Translations under genes and position numbers: made by a program
From: Eledone cirrhosa
Taxonomy: Eukaryota
Assembly: GCA_964016885.1 (NCBI GenBank)
Contig: OZ024752.1
Span: 23,002,001-23,066,000 of the forward strand
Direction of reading: 5' to 3'
DNA: 64,000 nt
Shown: one piece after another, positions 61,801 through 64,000 of the stretch
Numbering within the stretch: the stretch's first letter is position 1
Layout of the letters: each line of letters opens with the position of its first letter
The notes under the pieces: generated by a model
Databases searched by the model: none
What the model was told of the DNA's origin: nothing
Seen by the model: only the letters and a program-made list of their open reading frames with translations

Positions 61801-64000
61801 ACACCGCACTACACTACACTACACCACACTACACCATACCACAACACACCACACCACACTACACAACACGCCACTGCACAATACCCCACACCACACGACA
61901 CTACACCACACGACACTACAACACACGACACTACAGTATACCACACTACACCACAGCACACGACACGACACCACACCACACTACATCACATCGCACCACA
62001 CTTCACAACACCTCACCACACCGCACCACCCTGCACCACACCACACCACACCACCCCACACCACACCAACCACTGCACACCACACCAAAATACACCACAC
62101 TACACTACACCGCACCACACCACTCCACACCACACTACACAACACCACACTACACCACACCACACCACATCAGACCACACGCCACTGCACCACAATACAC
62201 TACACTACACTACACTACACTACACTACACTACACTACACCACACCACACTACACCACAGCACACTGCACCACAGCACACCACACCAAACCACATCACAC
62301 AACACCACACCACACCACAGCACACCACACTACACCACACCAACCACACCACACCAACCACACCACACCACACCACACCACACTACCACATCACCACTAC
62401 ACCACACAACTCAAGAAGAACACTACACCACACCACATCGCACACCACACCACACTACACCACACCACACAAACACCACACTACACCACACCACACCACA
62501 ACACACCACACTACACCACACCACACTACACCACACCACACTACACTACACTACACCACACTACACTGCACTACACTACACCACACTACACTACACCACA
62601 CTACAATACACCACACCACACCACCCCGCACCACACTACACTACACCATACCACACAATATTACACCACATCACACCACACTACACTACACCACACTACA
62701 CTACACAACACTACACCACATTACACCACACTACATCACACTAGACTACAGCACACCAGACCACACCACACCACACCACACCACACTGGACCACTCGACA
62801 CTACACCACACCACACAACACCGCATCACACTACACCACACCACACCACATCACAGCACATCACAGCACACTACACTACACCACACTACACTACACTACA
62901 CTACAGCACACCACACCACACCATACTACACTACACCACACCTCACCACACCACACCACACTACACCACACCACAACACAGCACACTACACCACAGCACA
63001 CCACAGCACACCACAACACAACCCAACACACCGCACTACACCACACTACACCACACCAAACCACACCACACCACACCACACCACAACACACCACAACACA
63101 CCACACCACGCTACACCACAGCACACCACACTACACCAACCACACTACACCACACTACACCACACGAAACTACACCACACCACACCACACTACAGCACAC
63201 TACACCACACCACATCACATCACAGCACATCACAACACACTACACTACACCACACTACACTACACTACACTACAGCACACCACACCTCACCACACCACAA
63301 CACTACAACCACACCACACTACACCACACCACACCACACTACACCACAACACACCACACCACACTAAACCTCACAACACCACACTACACCACACCACCCT
63401 GCACCACACCGGACATTACCACCCCATACCACACTACACCCGCCTCTATACAACACTACACCACACTACACCACACTACACCACACCACACTACACTACA
63501 CCACACCACACTACACCACACTACCCTACACGACACTACACCACACCCCACCACACTACACCACAACACACTACACCACACTACACCGTACCACACTACA
63601 CCACAGCACAGCACAGCACACCACACGACACCACACGACACCACACGACACCACACGTACTACACATACAGCACATAACACCACACCATACCTCACCCCA
63701 TCGCATTACACCGCACTACACCACATCACACCAAACTACACCAACCACACCACGCCACACTACATCACACCACACCACACTAGACCACACCACACCACAC
63801 GACACTACACCACACCACACCATACCACACCACCCCATACTACACTACACCACACCACACCACACTACACCACACCACACCACACTACAGCACACTACAG
63901 CACACCACACCACATAACAGCACATCACAGCACACTACACCACACCACACCACACTACACTACAGCACACCACACAACACCACACTACACTACACCACAC

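Larger units (their letters stand above)
19433..64000. repeat. Degenerate pentanucleotide satellite (CACAC)n / (GTGTG)n, >44 kb, continuing past the window end
   Basis: Continuous 5-bp periodicity with variants ACACT, ACAAC, ACAGC, ACATC, ATACC and ACGCT. The plus strand is overwhelmingly C+A. No interrupting element was seen. Confidence 0.98.

Noticed and set aside
20843-63367. Very long His/Thr/Pro-rich ORFs (up to 1611 aa) and antisense Val/Trp/Cys/Gly ORFs
   Set aside because: They are translations of the 5-bp satellite. The C/A-rich strand rarely forms stop codons, several frames are open at once, and starts are mostly non-ATG.
19433-64000. Resemblance to yeast C1-3A telomeric DNA or a telomere
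   Set aside because: It has strict pentamer phase, is over 44 kb with kb-scale duplications, and sits among animal TEs. No TTAGGG array was seen.

Overview
Repeat-dominated animal genomic DNA with no supportable host gene. The SINE family suggests Octopus or another cephalopod (inference from recalled consensus). The first ~19.4 kb is a nest of mobile elements: a tandem, disabled Penelope-like retroelement (PLE; RT plus GIY-YIG) with three pseudo-LTRs, a full-length Buster/SPIN-type hAT transposon with TIRs and an 8-bp TSD, Nin/Deu-type tRNA SINEs, a second PLE endonuclease relic, nested non-autonomous Helitrons and many microsatellites. The main signal not shown by the ORF track is a dense set of type I hammerhead ribozyme motifs. 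Eight copies from three families have canonical cores, and a fourth family has a variant CAGAAGA core. Several sit in back-to-back palindromes next to (TA)n/(CA)n tracts, and one has an ~80-nt branched stem II inside an ~840-bp retrozyme-like unit. From ~19.43 kb to the end is one >44-kb degenerate (CACAC)n pentamer satellite with 6.86-kb and ~10.8-kb higher-order duplications. The long His/Thr-rich ORFs there are artefacts of base composition.
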